Source: an uncultured virus (IMG/VR IMGVR_UViG_3300042888_001691) | Taxonomy: Duplodnaviria > Heunggongvirae > Uroviricota > Caudoviricetes | DNA: 59,686 nt | IMG/VR virus record: IMGVR_UViG_3300042888_001691 | Reading direction: 5' to 3' (one strand) | In this document: positions 20,115 through 29,957 of the stretch, one piece after another | How the letters are laid out: every line of letters begins with the position of its first letter | Position numbering within the stretch: position 1 is the first letter of the stretch | The notes under the pieces: generated by a model | Database searches by the model: none | The model's input: only the letters and a program-made list of their open reading frames with translations | Told to the model about the DNA's origin: nothing | Translations under genes and position numbers: made by a program

Positions 20115-21308
20115 TTAGTTGATTCGCAGCAGCAGGGTATCTTCGCTAATGCGTCCGTTGGCCAACGTTTCAGCCGCTTTGATTTCGTCTAAGAACTTGC
20201 GTAGCTGTATCTTGGTAGCTTTTGCAAACTCTTTTAGCTTTTCGTCGGGTTTGCGTAGTGTTTTACCTACAGATTTAGCAGTGTCAAAGTTAATAACACT
20301 TGTGCCTTTGACGCCAAGCGGGCCTGTTAAACTATCTGCAATGTACTTGAACAGTTTGCGTGTTTTGGTATTGTACACCCAAAGCTCTTGTGCTCCAACA
20401 ATGTCCACAGGGTTGATACTGACCAATTTGAGTGTTTTATCTTCTTTCATGTACTTGAGCTTGCTGACAACTTTTTCTTTGTTGGGCGCACGTTTTACTC
20501 GAGCCTTCTTGGTTGCTTTTTTGACGCCACGATATTGCTCAAGTGCATCAAGTACTGCATCTAAAAATGCATAATGACGTTTATAATCCGCCGCTTTGTA
20601 GTGCCGGTACGATTCAACATGATCTTCAAACAGTTTGCCCTGTGCTGCACCTAATTCGGCTTTGCGAGCACTGAACAAGTCAACAAACTTGTTGATCTGA
20701 CTCTGCGGTACTGTGTTGGCAGTCAAGTAATCAAATGCTCGAGGATCAACGGTGCCGCCTAACACAACCTCATCGTACAACCCTTCAAAGTAAGCCAGGT
20801 GCTCGCTTGTTTTTTCGTTAAGGCGGTCCTGAATAGTGAGCACTTTTACTGTAGCAGACTTTTCAGCCACAGGCATAGCTGCGCCGGTTGCACTTTCTAC
20901 TGCATCGCCATCTGCCTGTGCCAATGCTGCAGCAATCTGTTCCTTGACATATTTGAGTTCTTTTTCACGGAATGGCATGCCTTGGCGATGAGCCATTAGC
21001 AAACAATAAACTGTCATGGGTACAGCACGATCTGGACTACGTATAAATGCACTCACATCTGGTTTGGTGTATGCATTTTCTTGCATCCACTTGACCATGT
21101 GCTTTTTGAGATCTTTTTGCGTAAAGTAGTAATTGTAGTAAGTGAAACTTTTGCGTAAAAAATGATCAAACTCATCCTGCGTCATTTTTAACGCACGTTC
21201 TGTATCCCACACTGGCTCACGTCCTGTGTACTTTTCATCGCTGTACATTGGATCTCGTGCTTTTGCTGCCTGTTTGCGAGGCGCTTTTATACTTTGTTGC
21301 AGTGCCAT
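20115..21308 (-). CDS. Hypothetical phage protein, probably early-expressed
   Basis: 397-aa ORF with AAGGGA Shine-Dalgarno and a consensus sigma70 promoter upstream. Confidence 0.8.
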   Translation of the reverse strand: MALQQSIKAPRKQAAKARDPMYSDEKYTGREPVWDTERALKMTQDEFDHFLRKSFTYYNYYFTQKDLKKHMVKWMQENAYTKPDVSAFIRSPDRAVPMTVYCLLMAHRQGMPFREKELKYVKEQIAAALAQADGDAVESATGAAMPVAEKSATVKVLTIQDRLNEKTSEHLAYFEGLYDEVVLGGTVDPRAFDYLTANTVPQSQINKFVDLFSARKAELGAAQGKLFEDHVESYRHYKAADYKRHYAFLDAVLDALEQYRGVKKATKKARVKRAPNKEKVVSKLKYMKEDKTLKLVSINPVDIVGAQELWVYNTKTRKLFKYIADSLTGPLGVKGTSVINFDTAKSVGKTLRKPDEKLKEFAKATKIQLRKFLDEIKAAETLANGRISEDTLLLRIN

Positions 21309-21337
21309 GTTGGTCCCTTTACTATCACTAAAACACT

Positions 21338-21366
21338 ATTATACTACTCTTCAGGTTTTGTGTCAA
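21338..21366 (-). promoter_or_regulatory. Perfect sigma70 consensus promoter
   Basis: TTGACA-caaaacctgaagagtag (17 nt)-TATAAT. Confidence 0.9.
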
Positions 21367-21625
21367 GTAGTGTTGCAAATACGAGCCACTGTTGCAAATC
21401 TTGCAACTGTTGTTTACATTTAGCTAACTTCTCAGCATACTGTGTAAAATTGTTTGTTCTGCGGGCGTCAATTTCTGCACGACTCAGCTCAGTCACGGTG
21501 TTGTAAAGATTGTCGTGCATTTTGCGCAACTGGCGACGATGTTGTGCATTATACAGCATCTGTACGGTACGGCGCAGTTGCTGATCTAGCAACGCCCAGT
21601 CGGCTAAAGAATTAAATTCATGCAT
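21344..21625 (-). CDS. Hypothetical coiled-coil protein, probably translated from leaderless mRNA
   Basis: Start reassigned to ATG 21625 (MHEFNSL). The TTG start in the ORF track lies inside the -35 box. Confidence 0.7.
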   Translation of the reverse strand: MHEFNSLADWALLDQQLRRTVQMLYNAQHRRQLRKMHDNLYNTVTELSRAEIDARRTNNFTQYAEKLAKCKQQLQDLQQWLVFATLLDTKPEE

Positions 21626-21632
21626 AACCCTA

Positions 21633-21661
21633 ATTATAGCAAAATGGCTATTTTGTGTCAA
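21633..21661 (-). promoter_or_regulatory. Perfect sigma70 consensus promoter
   Basis: TTGACA-caaaatagccattttgc (17 nt)-TATAAT, 7 nt before ATG 21625. Confidence 0.9.
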
Positions 21662-21701
21662 ACTGTACCCAAACTAAATACTAGATACTAAGGATGCAAT
21701 T

Positions 21702-23084
21702 GTGCCAAGATTAAGTTTATGGAAAGACGGAAAACACAGCAACGATTATAAATTTTTTGATCGTAGAGCTAGTGAAATGTTCACGCTTGGCGGTACTGGA
21801 ATATTGGTACACAAATATCTTGGTCCAAATGAACAAAACACAGTGAAAACAACCAGTGCAGCACAAGCCAGTGCTGGTATCACATTGACCTTCTCTTCAA
21901 CAGCTGATGTACAATTGGGCATGTACGTGGTTGGTACTGGTATCCCAAATGGCGCCAAAATAGCAGCAAAAACTGCCACCACGGTACAACTTTCTGTTGC
22001 CAGTACTGTTGCAATTGGTTCTGCCGCAGTTATCAAGTTTTACACTGAAGCAGCAAAACCCAGTTATATCAACGACTCAGCTCAGAACATACAAGACTTG
22101 TTGTTTTTAGAAAATCGTGATCGAAAATACGACACCAGCATTTATTCCATGCGGGGCATTTACCAAACACAAGATGTCACATTTGATCTGAGTCAGTTTG
22201 GTATGTTTTTACAAACTGGTACCTTGTTCATTGTGTTTCATATCAATGACATGGTTGAAACAATTGGTCGTAAACTCATGGCTGGTGACGTTGTTGAGCT
22301 CATGCACCTTAAAGATTATTACCCATTGGACAACAGCTTGCCAGTGGCCCTCAAACGATACTACGTGATCAGTGATTGCAATAATGCAGCTGAAGGGTAC
22401 AGCCCAAGTTGGTGGCCACACCTGTGGCGTTGTAAAATTAACCCGTTGACTGATAGTCAAGAATACAAAGACATACTGAATCAAATCACTGTTGACAATG
22501 AGCTTGATCCCACAGGTGGCAACATAACCTTGGGCAATGTGAGCAGCATTATCAGCAAGTATCAAGAAATCAATGATGCCATCATTAGAGAAGCAGAAAC
22601 CAACGTTCCGTATTCGGGCTATGATAACAGTTATCTTTATATCAAGCCAGTGGGATCAGAAGGCTATCCAGAAGACCCAGCAGGGATATCTGCAGACAGT
22701 GGCAATGTCACTGCTGACTCAGGCACAATTGATTCTTCGGCTGGCATTGCCAGCCCCGGCGACACAGTACACGGATACCTAACTGGCGCAGGACAAACAC
22801 CAAATGGCTTACCAGTTACCACTGGCATTGCGTTCCCAAATGCTCCATTGGTTGGCGATTATGCGCTGCGAACAGATTATTTGCCCAATCGATTGTTTAG
22901 ATACGATGGTCGTAGATGGGTCAAGATTGAAGACAATGTTAGAACCACATTGACACCGGGACCAGACAACACCACTCTACGCAGTAGTTTTGTCAACAAC
23001 ACAGAGACTTACACTAATAATTCTGGTAATGTTAGTGTACGTCAAAGCCTGAGTCAGGCTCTTAAACCACAGGCAGATAATTAA
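21702..23084 (+). CDS. gp14: Neck/head-closure protein (T4 gp14-like)
   Basis: IQDLLFLENRDRKYD...DLSQFGMFL...GRKLMAGDVVEL...HLWRCK; next to the gp15-like gene; AAGGA Shine-Dalgarno and TAAATA upstream. Confidence 0.7.
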   Translation: MPRLSLWKDGKHSNDYKFFDRRASEMFTLGGTGILVHKYLGPNEQNTVKTTSAAQASAGITLTFSSTADVQLGMYVVGTGIPNGAKIAAKTATTVQLSVASTVAIGSAAVIKFYTEAAKPSYINDSAQNIQDLLFLENRDRKYDTSIYSMRGIYQTQDVTFDLSQFGMFLQTGTLFIVFHINDMVETIGRKLMAGDVVELMHLKDYYPLDNSLPVALKRYYVISDCNNAAEGYSPSWWPHLWRCKINPLTDSQEYKDILNQITVDNELDPTGGNITLGNVSSIISKYQEINDAIIREAETNVPYSGYDNSYLYIKPVGSEGYPEDPAGISADSGNVTADSGTIDSSAGIASPGDTVHGYLTGAGQTPNGLPVTTGIAFPNAPLVGDYALRTDYLPNRLFRYDGRRWVKIEDNVRTTLTPGPDNTTLRSSFVNNTETYTNNSGNVSVRQSLSQALKPQADN

Positions 23085-24439
23085 TGAGTCAAAAATATTT
23101 TTATGATGGACAGCTTCGAAGATTTTTAGTGCAATTTATCAGAATTGTCAGCAACTTTGAAGTAGAATTTGGTAAGGATCGTGACGGTACTAGGACACTA
23201 CAGCGTGTGCCTGTATATTACGGTGATGCCAGTAGACAAGCTCAAGTTATACTGAAAGGCAACAGCGAAAATACCTTGAATGCTGTTCCTGCCATGGCTG
23301 CCTACATCAGCGGCCTAACTTACGAGCAAAGTCGTATGCAAGAACCCAACTTTGTAAGCAAGATGAATCTGCGCATGCGAGAGTATGATGCCACCACTGG
23401 TTTATATTCAGGCAATCAAGGTGACAGTTATACCATAGAACGCCTGATGCCAGTTCCGTACAAGCTAACAATGAAGTTGGATATTTGGACCAGCAACACC
23501 GAACAGAAAATGCAGCTGATTGAACAAATTGCTGTGCTGTTTAATCCCAGTTTAGAAATACAAAGCACAGACAATTACATTGACTGGACCAGCTTGTCTT
23601 TTGTACAACTGACAGAGTTACTATGGACATCAAGAGTGATTCCGGCTGGCGCAGAGGAATCAATTGACATTGCCACATTGACTTTTGATATGCCAATTTG
23701 GATCAGCAGTCCTGCCAAGGTCAAACGACTAGGTGTCATACAAAAAATTATCAACAGCATATACGATGAGCAAGGTGAATTCAGCCAAGATACCATATTG
23801 TCTAACCTGGTTGGTCGAGTCACTGTGTCTCCTGTAAACTACGGGGTCTACTATTCAGGAAATCAACTCAAGTTGCTCAAGCAACATGAAGTGGCTCTTG
23901 AGGATGGTACCTTGCTAAAAACTGCGCCGCCTGAGACCTGGCGAGCTGTAATAGAAATATACGGCACCTTGGTAACTGGCGCCAGTGAAATTAGATTGGC
24001 CTTGCCCACAGGAACAGAATTGATTGGATCTATTACCTATCACCCAACTGATCCCAGTATACTGTTGTTTGAGCCAATTGAAGATACCATGCCATCAAAC
24101 ACACTAACTGCAGTTGATGCCATTATTAATCCCACCAACGTGATAGTGGACAGTGGACTACTGAACCCCGCAGCTGGCACCAGATACCTAATAACAGACA
24201 ACATCGGCAGCGCCAACAACTTGCACGGCAGTGAAGTGTGGGGGGATCTGGTTGCCCAGGTCAATGATGTAATAGAATACAACAGCACTTGGCAAGTGGT
24301 GTTTGACAGCCAACAACAATCAGATATACAATATATTACTAACACCAACACAGGTGTTCAGTATCGGTGGACTGGGTCAGACTGGGTCAAGAGTGTGGAA
24401 GGTGTTTATCGAGGTGGCGATTGGTCAATTGTAATATAG
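23084..24439 (+). CDS. gp15: Tail sheath stabiliser / tail terminator (T4 gp15-like)
   Basis: YFYDGQLRRFLVQF...VPVYYG...MPVPYKLTMKLDIWTSNTEQKMQLIEQI..LFNPSL. Confidence 0.85.
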   Translation: MSQKYFYDGQLRRFLVQFIRIVSNFEVEFGKDRDGTRTLQRVPVYYGDASRQAQVILKGNSENTLNAVPAMAAYISGLTYEQSRMQEPNFVSKMNLRMREYDATTGLYSGNQGDSYTIERLMPVPYKLTMKLDIWTSNTEQKMQLIEQIAVLFNPSLEIQSTDNYIDWTSLSFVQLTELLWTSRVIPAGAEESIDIATLTFDMPIWISSPAKVKRLGVIQKIINSIYDEQGEFSQDTILSNLVGRVTVSPVNYGVYYSGNQLKLLKQHEVALEDGTLLKTAPPETWRAVIEIYGTLVTGASEIRLALPTGTELIGSITYHPTDPSILLFEPIEDTMPSNTLTAVDAIINPTNVIVDSGLLNPAAGTRYLITDNIGSANNLHGSEVWGDLVAQVNDVIEYNSTWQVVFDSQQQSDIQYITNTNTGVQYRWTGSDWVKSVEGVYRGGDWSIVI

Positions 24440-24867
24440 GCTGCGGCGCATTAATTTACAGTCAATCAACTCACAGATATTTGTTCTTGTTACGCAATCA
24501 AAAACGGCATGCTGGGAGTTGGGGCCTGGTTGGGGGCGGTGTTGAAGCTGGAGAAAGCGCCAGCGAAGCATTGCAACGAGAAATTGTTGAAGAGATTGGC
24601 GCTATAGCTTACGATAAAATTATTCCGTTGGAAAAATTCACCAGCGAAAACAAGAACTTTGAGTACCACACCTACCTGATCATAGTCAAACAAGAATTTG
24701 TACCACAGCTAAACGATGAGCATCGAGGATATGCATGGACCAGCATCAACGATCATCCTCGTCCACTGCATCCTGGAGTATGGCGTACTTTTAGCTTTAA
24801 AGGTGTGGTTGATAAAATTAAAACTGTTGAACTGGTTATAGATCAGCTTCAAGCACAAACTGTCTAA
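24421..24867 (+). CDS. Nudix hydrolase
   Basis: Nudix box GGGVEAGESASEALQREIVEEIG. Likely TTG start at 24421 with GAGGTG upstream (the ORF track starts at 24367). Confidence 0.88.
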   Translation: MVNCNIGCGALIYSQSTHRYLFLLRNQKRHAGSWGLVGGGVEAGESASEALQREIVEEIGAIAYDKIIPLEKFTSENKNFEYHTYLIIVKQEFVPQLNDEHRGYAWTSINDHPRPLHPGVWRTFSFKGVVDKIKTVELVIDQLQAQTV

Positions 24868-25609
24868 AATCTATAGATCTGTAGTTCAAGCAGTATTTCC
24901 AGGCTTCGGGTGTTCTAAAACTTTTGGTAGGAGCAACTCGAACAAAGCTGGTATCAGGGTAGGCTTTAAACACTTCTGCCATGCTCAATTCCCAATAATC
25001 TTCCAATAAAGAGTCCGGAGCTTGTGGGTAAGCATTTGTTCCTGCATACACATTGTAAGATGAATCGGCTGAATCAGCACCATCAAACCCAATCATGAAC
25101 ACTTTTTGGTGCCCATCAAATGCTGCAATATATGTTGCTACTGCGCCAGAATTCCATTGCGGATCTTGTGGCACGTAATGAAACTTTCCTGGATAGTTGG
25201 TCACTGCTTGTTTGTTGGCGTACACCACGTTGTTGTCGCAATACTCACTGTTGGCCAGTTCTGCTATCATTTCTGCTCCAGTTGTAATCAGGAAGTCAGG
25301 CTGATAATTTCTGTACAGAGCGTTACAGCCGTAGGTATTAAATCGTCCAGCGTTGTTAATTGGAGGTTTCCACCCGCTGCGTTCTCCCCAGTCTGTGGTG
25401 TTTCTAGCAGCCAAGAAAAGATTTAAATTAAAATCCAGTCTAGTCACTCCATTGCCCACAACCACTGCGCGATTACTTAAAGGAAGATTTTCAAAAGGAT
25501 TGGCCACATGTTCTGTTTGATAACGCCATAATTGGTTGACATATTCTGCGGTCACATTAACATCTTCGCCGGTATAATCTTTACGATACAACTGTTTGAT
25601 TTTTTGCAT
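24836..25609 (-). CDS. Maf/DUF115-like (glycosyltransferase-related, Rossmann-like) protein
   Basis: AVVVGNG..R, YGCNALYR...PDFL, NSGAVA..IA..DGHQKVFMIGFD pattern. Confidence 0.6.
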   Translation of the reverse strand: MQKIKQLYRKDYTGEDVNVTAEYVNQLWRYQTEHVANPFENLPLSNRAVVVGNGVTRLDFNLNLFLAARNTTDWGERSGWKPPINNAGRFNTYGCNALYRNYQPDFLITTGAEMIAELANSEYCDNNVVYANKQAVTNYPGKFHYVPQDPQWNSGAVATYIAAFDGHQKVFMIGFDGADSADSSYNVYAGTNAYPQAPDSLLEDYWELSMAEVFKAYPDTSFVRVAPTKSFRTPEAWKYCLNYRSIDFRQFVLEADL

Positions 25610-26694
25610 TAAAATCTTCCCACAACCACTTCAATGGTCTTTATATCCGTGCTGTCTATTTGTTCCAAGGCTTTTCCTAGCACACAACCTGGCCTATACA
25701 TGCCGCTGTTCAAAGCTTCAGCCACACCCGGAATATGACTTGACACCAACACTGTGCCTTTTTCAACAGGACCCTGCACCTGACAGGGCACTCGTCCTGT
25801 CATGGCCACTGCCACATTGCCGTTCATGGAATTCATTAGATACGCTGGGTTGGTGGAAACTACCCCGGCAACTCTGGTGTCGTGTGTCATGTTGGTCACA
25901 GTGACTTCTTTGGCACCGCCAAATACTAACACAGTACCAGGTGCATACTCTGCATCACCCACATAGTTTTCTGCCAAGTCGGCGTATTTGGCCTGAGTTG
26001 ACACACCAAAAAACGTATTGTACCAGGCGGTGGGTGACCCCAAGTTGGCTGTTAGGTTGCTGCTGGGAATTATGTTTCCAGTATGCACTATAGCAGTACC
26101 AGCACTACCTCCAATGTATAGGTTACCAGCAACGCCAACTCCGCCAACAACTACTAAAGCACCTGTTGTGGTGGATGTTGATGCTGTGGTAGGTTTAATT
26201 ACAACATTGCCGTTTTGATGGAATCGAATAGATTCAGTGGTTTGCGTTCCAATTGCTAAACCATATTGCGCTCCAATTGGATTAAATTCAATATATCCTT
26301 GTGAGGTTACATCAGTCATTAATTGAATTCGAGTATTAGCTGTTTGCCAATCTGCGCCTTGAGCGTAACGCTGTGCTATAATTTGCAAGTAGGAAGCATT
26401 GGCATTTGTGTGATGGAATTCTGCAACTTTTAATGTACTACCTGCTGTTGCATTAAGATTACCGCCAGATACATATAAGTTTGCTCTAGTAGAGAGTGTA
26501 GTTGTACCTATTGTAACATTACCTGCTATTGTAGTGGCGCCAGCAATGCCAACTCCGCCAACAACTACTAAAGCACCTGTTGTAGTTGATGTTGATGCCT
26601 GACTGGAAGCAGCAACAACATTGCCGCTGGCTGTTATAAATGTATCTACTTGTAGATTACCATAAATTCTTGTTCCAGAGTTGAGTTTAGCCAT
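25609..26694 (-). CDS. Fibre protein with C-terminal intramolecular chaperone/autocleavage (peptidase G2-like) domain
   Basis: STSTTTGALVVVGGVG repeats; YADLAENY...PGTVLVFGG..EVT...VAGVVSTNPAYLMN...GRVPC...GKALE. Confidence 0.75.
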   Translation of the reverse strand: MAKLNSGTRIYGNLQVDTFITASGNVVAASSQASTSTTTGALVVVGGVGIAGATTIAGNVTIGTTTLSTRANLYVSGGNLNATAGSTLKVAEFHHTNANASYLQIIAQRYAQGADWQTANTRIQLMTDVTSQGYIEFNPIGAQYGLAIGTQTTESIRFHQNGNVVIKPTTASTSTTTGALVVVGGVGVAGNLYIGGSAGTAIVHTGNIIPSSNLTANLGSPTAWYNTFFGVSTQAKYADLAENYVGDAEYAPGTVLVFGGAKEVTVTNMTHDTRVAGVVSTNPAYLMNSMNGNVAVAMTGRVPCQVQGPVEKGTVLVSSHIPGVAEALNSGMYRPGCVLGKALEQIDSTDIKTIEVVVGRF

Positions 26695-26714
26695 AGTGTA
26701 GTATTTACCGTAAG

Positions 26715-28862
26715 TTACACGCTGTATCTTCCACGCAAGGCGTTGAAATTTGTCAGGATCTCGTCTGCTGTTAAAGCACGATCGTAGATCATTGCTGTGG
26801 CTATACTACCATTGAAATATCTAGCATTGGCCGCACTTTTTCCAACCAGATAATTTGTCCCTGGACTTACTGCTCCTCTAGTATAACTAAGAGTGGCGAC
26901 CTGAGCGCCATTCAGATAAAATAGGGCAGTAGTTGCAGTGAATGTCATTGACACCATGACCCATTGATTTAATGTTACGTTTTGACCTATAGTAGTCCAG
27001 AATTGATTATTTAAAATCGCCTGATATGTTCCATTATTGACGCCAATACCTGTGCCATAACTTGCAGGTAGATCCCCATCTATGATTCCATCAAAGTTGG
27101 CAGCGTTGGGTGATGCGATCGGATAACACCAAGCAGATAGTGTTCCGTCACTTATAGTGGCACTACTCAATGTTGTTGTTGCATATTGCGTTGATCCATC
27201 AAATGTAAATGCACCACCGTTGGTAGTAGAACTGAATGTAGGACTAGCAGTTAGCGTGCCATTGTTACCCGCACCACTCAGGTCGGTCCAAGTGGTGCCA
27301 GAGCCTGCATAACTTGCGGTTTGCCCAGCGTCCAACCAAAGTTTTAAGTTACTGTCCACTATAGGTGCTCCGGTGAATTCATCAAATTGAGTGTTTACAT
27401 ATAACGTACCATTGGAACTTTCTCTTTTGACCGGTGGCTTAGTTGCTGGTGTAAGTCCGTATCTACTGGCAAAATAATTATAATTGTTTTGTTGTTCGGC
27501 AGCAGTTAGTTGTCGATTGTAAAGAACTATTGCGGCTAGGCGGCCTTGATAGTATCTTCCAGTAAATCCAGTGCCCCAAGTATAGGCAAAGGTCGAAGCA
27601 AATGCTCCATTGGTTGTGTTGGTTCTCAACCCACCTACGATATTCCACCCTGATGCTAAACTCCCGGCACCTGTATAGGCTGTGTTGTTTACATAATAGG
27701 TAGTTGCTGTGCTGGCCCAATCATCAGTATTACCTGGATTTTGCAAAGTCCAAGGTCCTGTGCCATTGGCTCCACCAAATCGCATGGTTTTATCTGCACT
27801 TATACCAGCACCAAGCCCCATGGCCAAACTTGCACCTGAAGTATATGTAAAATCTGGATAGAATACTAAAGTGCAATCTAAATAGTTTTGTGCTAAGGTA
27901 CTGGTTATATAGTTTGTTGCAGCGCCAGTAGCAAAGTTCCAATAACTTGCTGCCCCTGCTGAAACATATGATATTGTGCCGTTGAGTGTGGCAGGATTAG
28001 TTGATGGATTTACAAGGTCTCTCACTGATGTGTCACTCCCCGGATAACTTTCCAACTTACCAGCATCAATGTATGCTATCATACCATTGGTTACTACCAT
28101 TCCGGTGACTTCATCAAATTGATTATATACTTCTAAGGTGCCATCGGGCAGTTGACGTTGGGTCGTTGCTGTTGATCCTTGATTAAATGGGCCTGTGGCG
28201 GTAAATGTAGCTGAGCCGTTATTGGTTACTGTGTAATTGTTTGTGCTATTATCTTTAATAAAATTAGCAGAGTTTGTAACATTTAACAATAGACTCGTGC
28301 CTGCAACCGCTGGTAGTATTGCCTGTGGTGGAGTAAACGCTGAGGTATACACTGCAACCCCATTGACCACACGAAGATTGGAAATATATCCTGGAAAGTA
28401 ATAGAAAGGACTACCATTGTACCTGCCTACACTGACTGCGGATGTTGTTCCCGGAGTATAAGTAGTTGTTCCAGCTAATACTCCATTCACATAGCCACTT
28501 GTGGTTGTTCCGACTCTAACAAACGCGATATGGTTCCATGCACCTATCGTGGGAGTGACTGTGGACATTGCAACCACACCATTTACACCGTCATCGGCCA
28601 CCAGTTGATTAGATGTGTTTTTCCATAAATTGATGCCACTGTTACTGCCATTATTAAAACTAACTATGGTGGTTTGTGTGGCTCCGGTGGTCCAATAACA
28701 CCACATTTCTACAGTCCAAGTTCCGGATAAGTTTGGACTCGTGGCAGTTAGATACTGGCTGGTGCCATTGAAACTGATAGCACCTGCGGCTAAACTGACC
28801 TCATCAAAAGCGCCATTGACCAGCAATGTCCCAGTTGATAGTAATCTTGAGGCGATTGGCAT
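26715..28862 (-). CDS. Multi-LamG/concanavalin A-like lectin domain virion protein
   Basis: WTVEMW, WNHIAFVR, GYISNLRV; two LDAG...SY.GSG..W.DLSG-type domains ending YNRQLT/YDRALT. Confidence 0.8.
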   Translation of the reverse strand: MPIASRLLSTGTLLVNGAFDEVSLAAGAISFNGTSQYLTATSPNLSGTWTVEMWCYWTTGATQTTIVSFNNGSNSGINLWKNTSNQLVADDGVNGVVAMSTVTPTIGAWNHIAFVRVGTTTSGYVNGVLAGTTTYTPGTTSAVSVGRYNGSPFYYFPGYISNLRVVNGVAVYTSAFTPPQAILPAVAGTSLLLNVTNSANFIKDNSTNNYTVTNNGSATFTATGPFNQGSTATTQRQLPDGTLEVYNQFDEVTGMVVTNGMIAYIDAGKLESYPGSDTSVRDLVNPSTNPATLNGTISYVSAGAASYWNFATGAATNYITSTLAQNYLDCTLVFYPDFTYTSGASLAMGLGAGISADKTMRFGGANGTGPWTLQNPGNTDDWASTATTYYVNNTAYTGAGSLASGWNIVGGLRTNTTNGAFASTFAYTWGTGFTGRYYQGRLAAIVLYNRQLTAAEQQNNYNYFASRYGLTPATKPPVKRESSNGTLYVNTQFDEFTGAPIVDSNLKLWLDAGQTASYAGSGTTWTDLSGAGNNGTLTASPTFSSTTNGGAFTFDGSTQYATTTLSSATISDGTLSAWCYPIASPNAANFDGIIDGDLPASYGTGIGVNNGTYQAILNNQFWTTIGQNVTLNQWVMVSMTFTATTALFYLNGAQVATLSYTRGAVSPGTNYLVGKSAANARYFNGSIATAMIYDRALTADEILTNFNALRGRYSV

Positions 28863-29875
28863 TATCCAAATACCGTGTCTAGGCTGTTGGTGCTGTTGTT
28901 AAACACCTGATAGACCGAGCTGACGTTGTTGGCACTCCATACATAACCTACCCGATTGGCAACATACACATTGCCATTGACCCCAACACCACCTCTTACT
29001 TGTAAGGCACCTGTTGTGGTTGATGTTGATGCTGTGGTATTGCTCACATACAGACTACCTAGTTCAACATTGCCCAGTGTCCCTGTAATAACACCGTTGG
29101 TTTCTGTTGCGTCCTGATAATAGGTAAGTGCCTCCGTGGCGTTTTCCCAACCAATAAAAGCATGCTTGTCTGATGTTTTATAATAATGAAATCGTATGCC
29201 AATATCTCTGCCGTCGTTGCTGACCAATGGTGCCAAATTGGCAAAGGTGTGTAGATCAATGATGCTGTCAGTCACCGTCAAGTTATTACTGCCAATTGTT
29301 AACGTATTGCCTTGAATGGTCAGGTTACCAACCACAGTCAAACTGCCTTGTGCTGTGGTAGTTGCGGCTGCTGCACCAAAGCTGGTTAGTCCAGCCAAGG
29401 TGGTTACGCTGGGTAGATATGCAGCAGTATTGGCGTTGGCTCCAGTTGCTAGACTAGTGATACTGATTGCTTGAGTGGCTGCATTGCCAAACAGTGTGGT
29501 AATATTTGTTGTTGCTGTGCCTAAATTGGCATCAATGGAGTTAATACTGGTTGCTTGGCCAGCTGCATTGCCAAACAGTGTGGTAATATTTGTAGTTGCT
29601 GTGCCCAAGTTGGCACTTACATCACCTGTGTTGGCAATATACAACGCTCCACTAATGCCAACTCCACCAGTGACAACCAATGCACCGGTTGTAGTACTGG
29701 TGCTAGCAGTGCCAGAATTGGCAGTAACATTACCAGCGTTGACATTTCCCACAATGTACAAGTTAGGTGACGATGAAAAAGTTCTAGTCCAAGCATTGGT
29801 TGTAGAGTTATAAACATAGGAAATGCTGTTTACTGTTGCTGTTTGACCATTTGTGGGGCTACTAGGGAATGCCAT
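28862..29875 (-). CDS. Fibre/stalk structural protein
   Basis: MAFPSSPTNGQ N-module, TTGALVV.GGVG repeats and DSIIDLH...DIGIRFHYY module. Confidence 0.7.
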   Translation of the reverse strand: MAFPSSPTNGQTATVNSISYVYNSTTNAWTRTFSSSPNLYIVGNVNAGNVTANSGTASTSTTTGALVVTGGVGISGALYIANTGDVSANLGTATTNITTLFGNAAGQATSINSIDANLGTATTNITTLFGNAATQAISITSLATGANANTAAYLPSVTTLAGLTSFGAAAATTTAQGSLTVVGNLTIQGNTLTIGSNNLTVTDSIIDLHTFANLAPLVSNDGRDIGIRFHYYKTSDKHAFIGWENATEALTYYQDATETNGVITGTLGNVELGSLYVSNTTASTSTTTGALQVRGGVGVNGNVYVANRVGYVWSANNVSSVYQVFNNSTNSLDTVFG

Positions 29876-29916
29876 TTAATTTAACCTTTTATGTACTTAC
29901 TTATTTTAATAGTGCT
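29610..29916. repeat. Direct repeat copy A (partner at 35915-36230)
   Basis: About 310 bp of high similarity, including 49 identical nt (29868-29916 = 36182-36230) that span the start codon, intergenic region and upstream gene end. Confidence 0.9.
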
Positions 29917-29957
29917 GCAACAGCAGATCCAGGAAGTCCGCATATAAAAATTTTCAT
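29901..29957 (-). pseudogene. Truncated P-loop kinase N-terminus fused to a copy of the LamG gene's last codons (MKIFICGLPGS-AVAALLK*)
   Basis: ATG overlaps the methyltransferase stop (ATGA). GLPGS is a Walker A cut before GKT. The ALLK* ending is identical in DNA to the end of gene 36215-39946. Confidence 0.7.

Noticed and set aside
21702..24867. Plus-strand gp14-gp15-Nudix block as an invertible segment
   Set aside because: No flanking inverted repeats or recombinase gene was seen; it has its own late promoter, so it is more simply a divergent operon.
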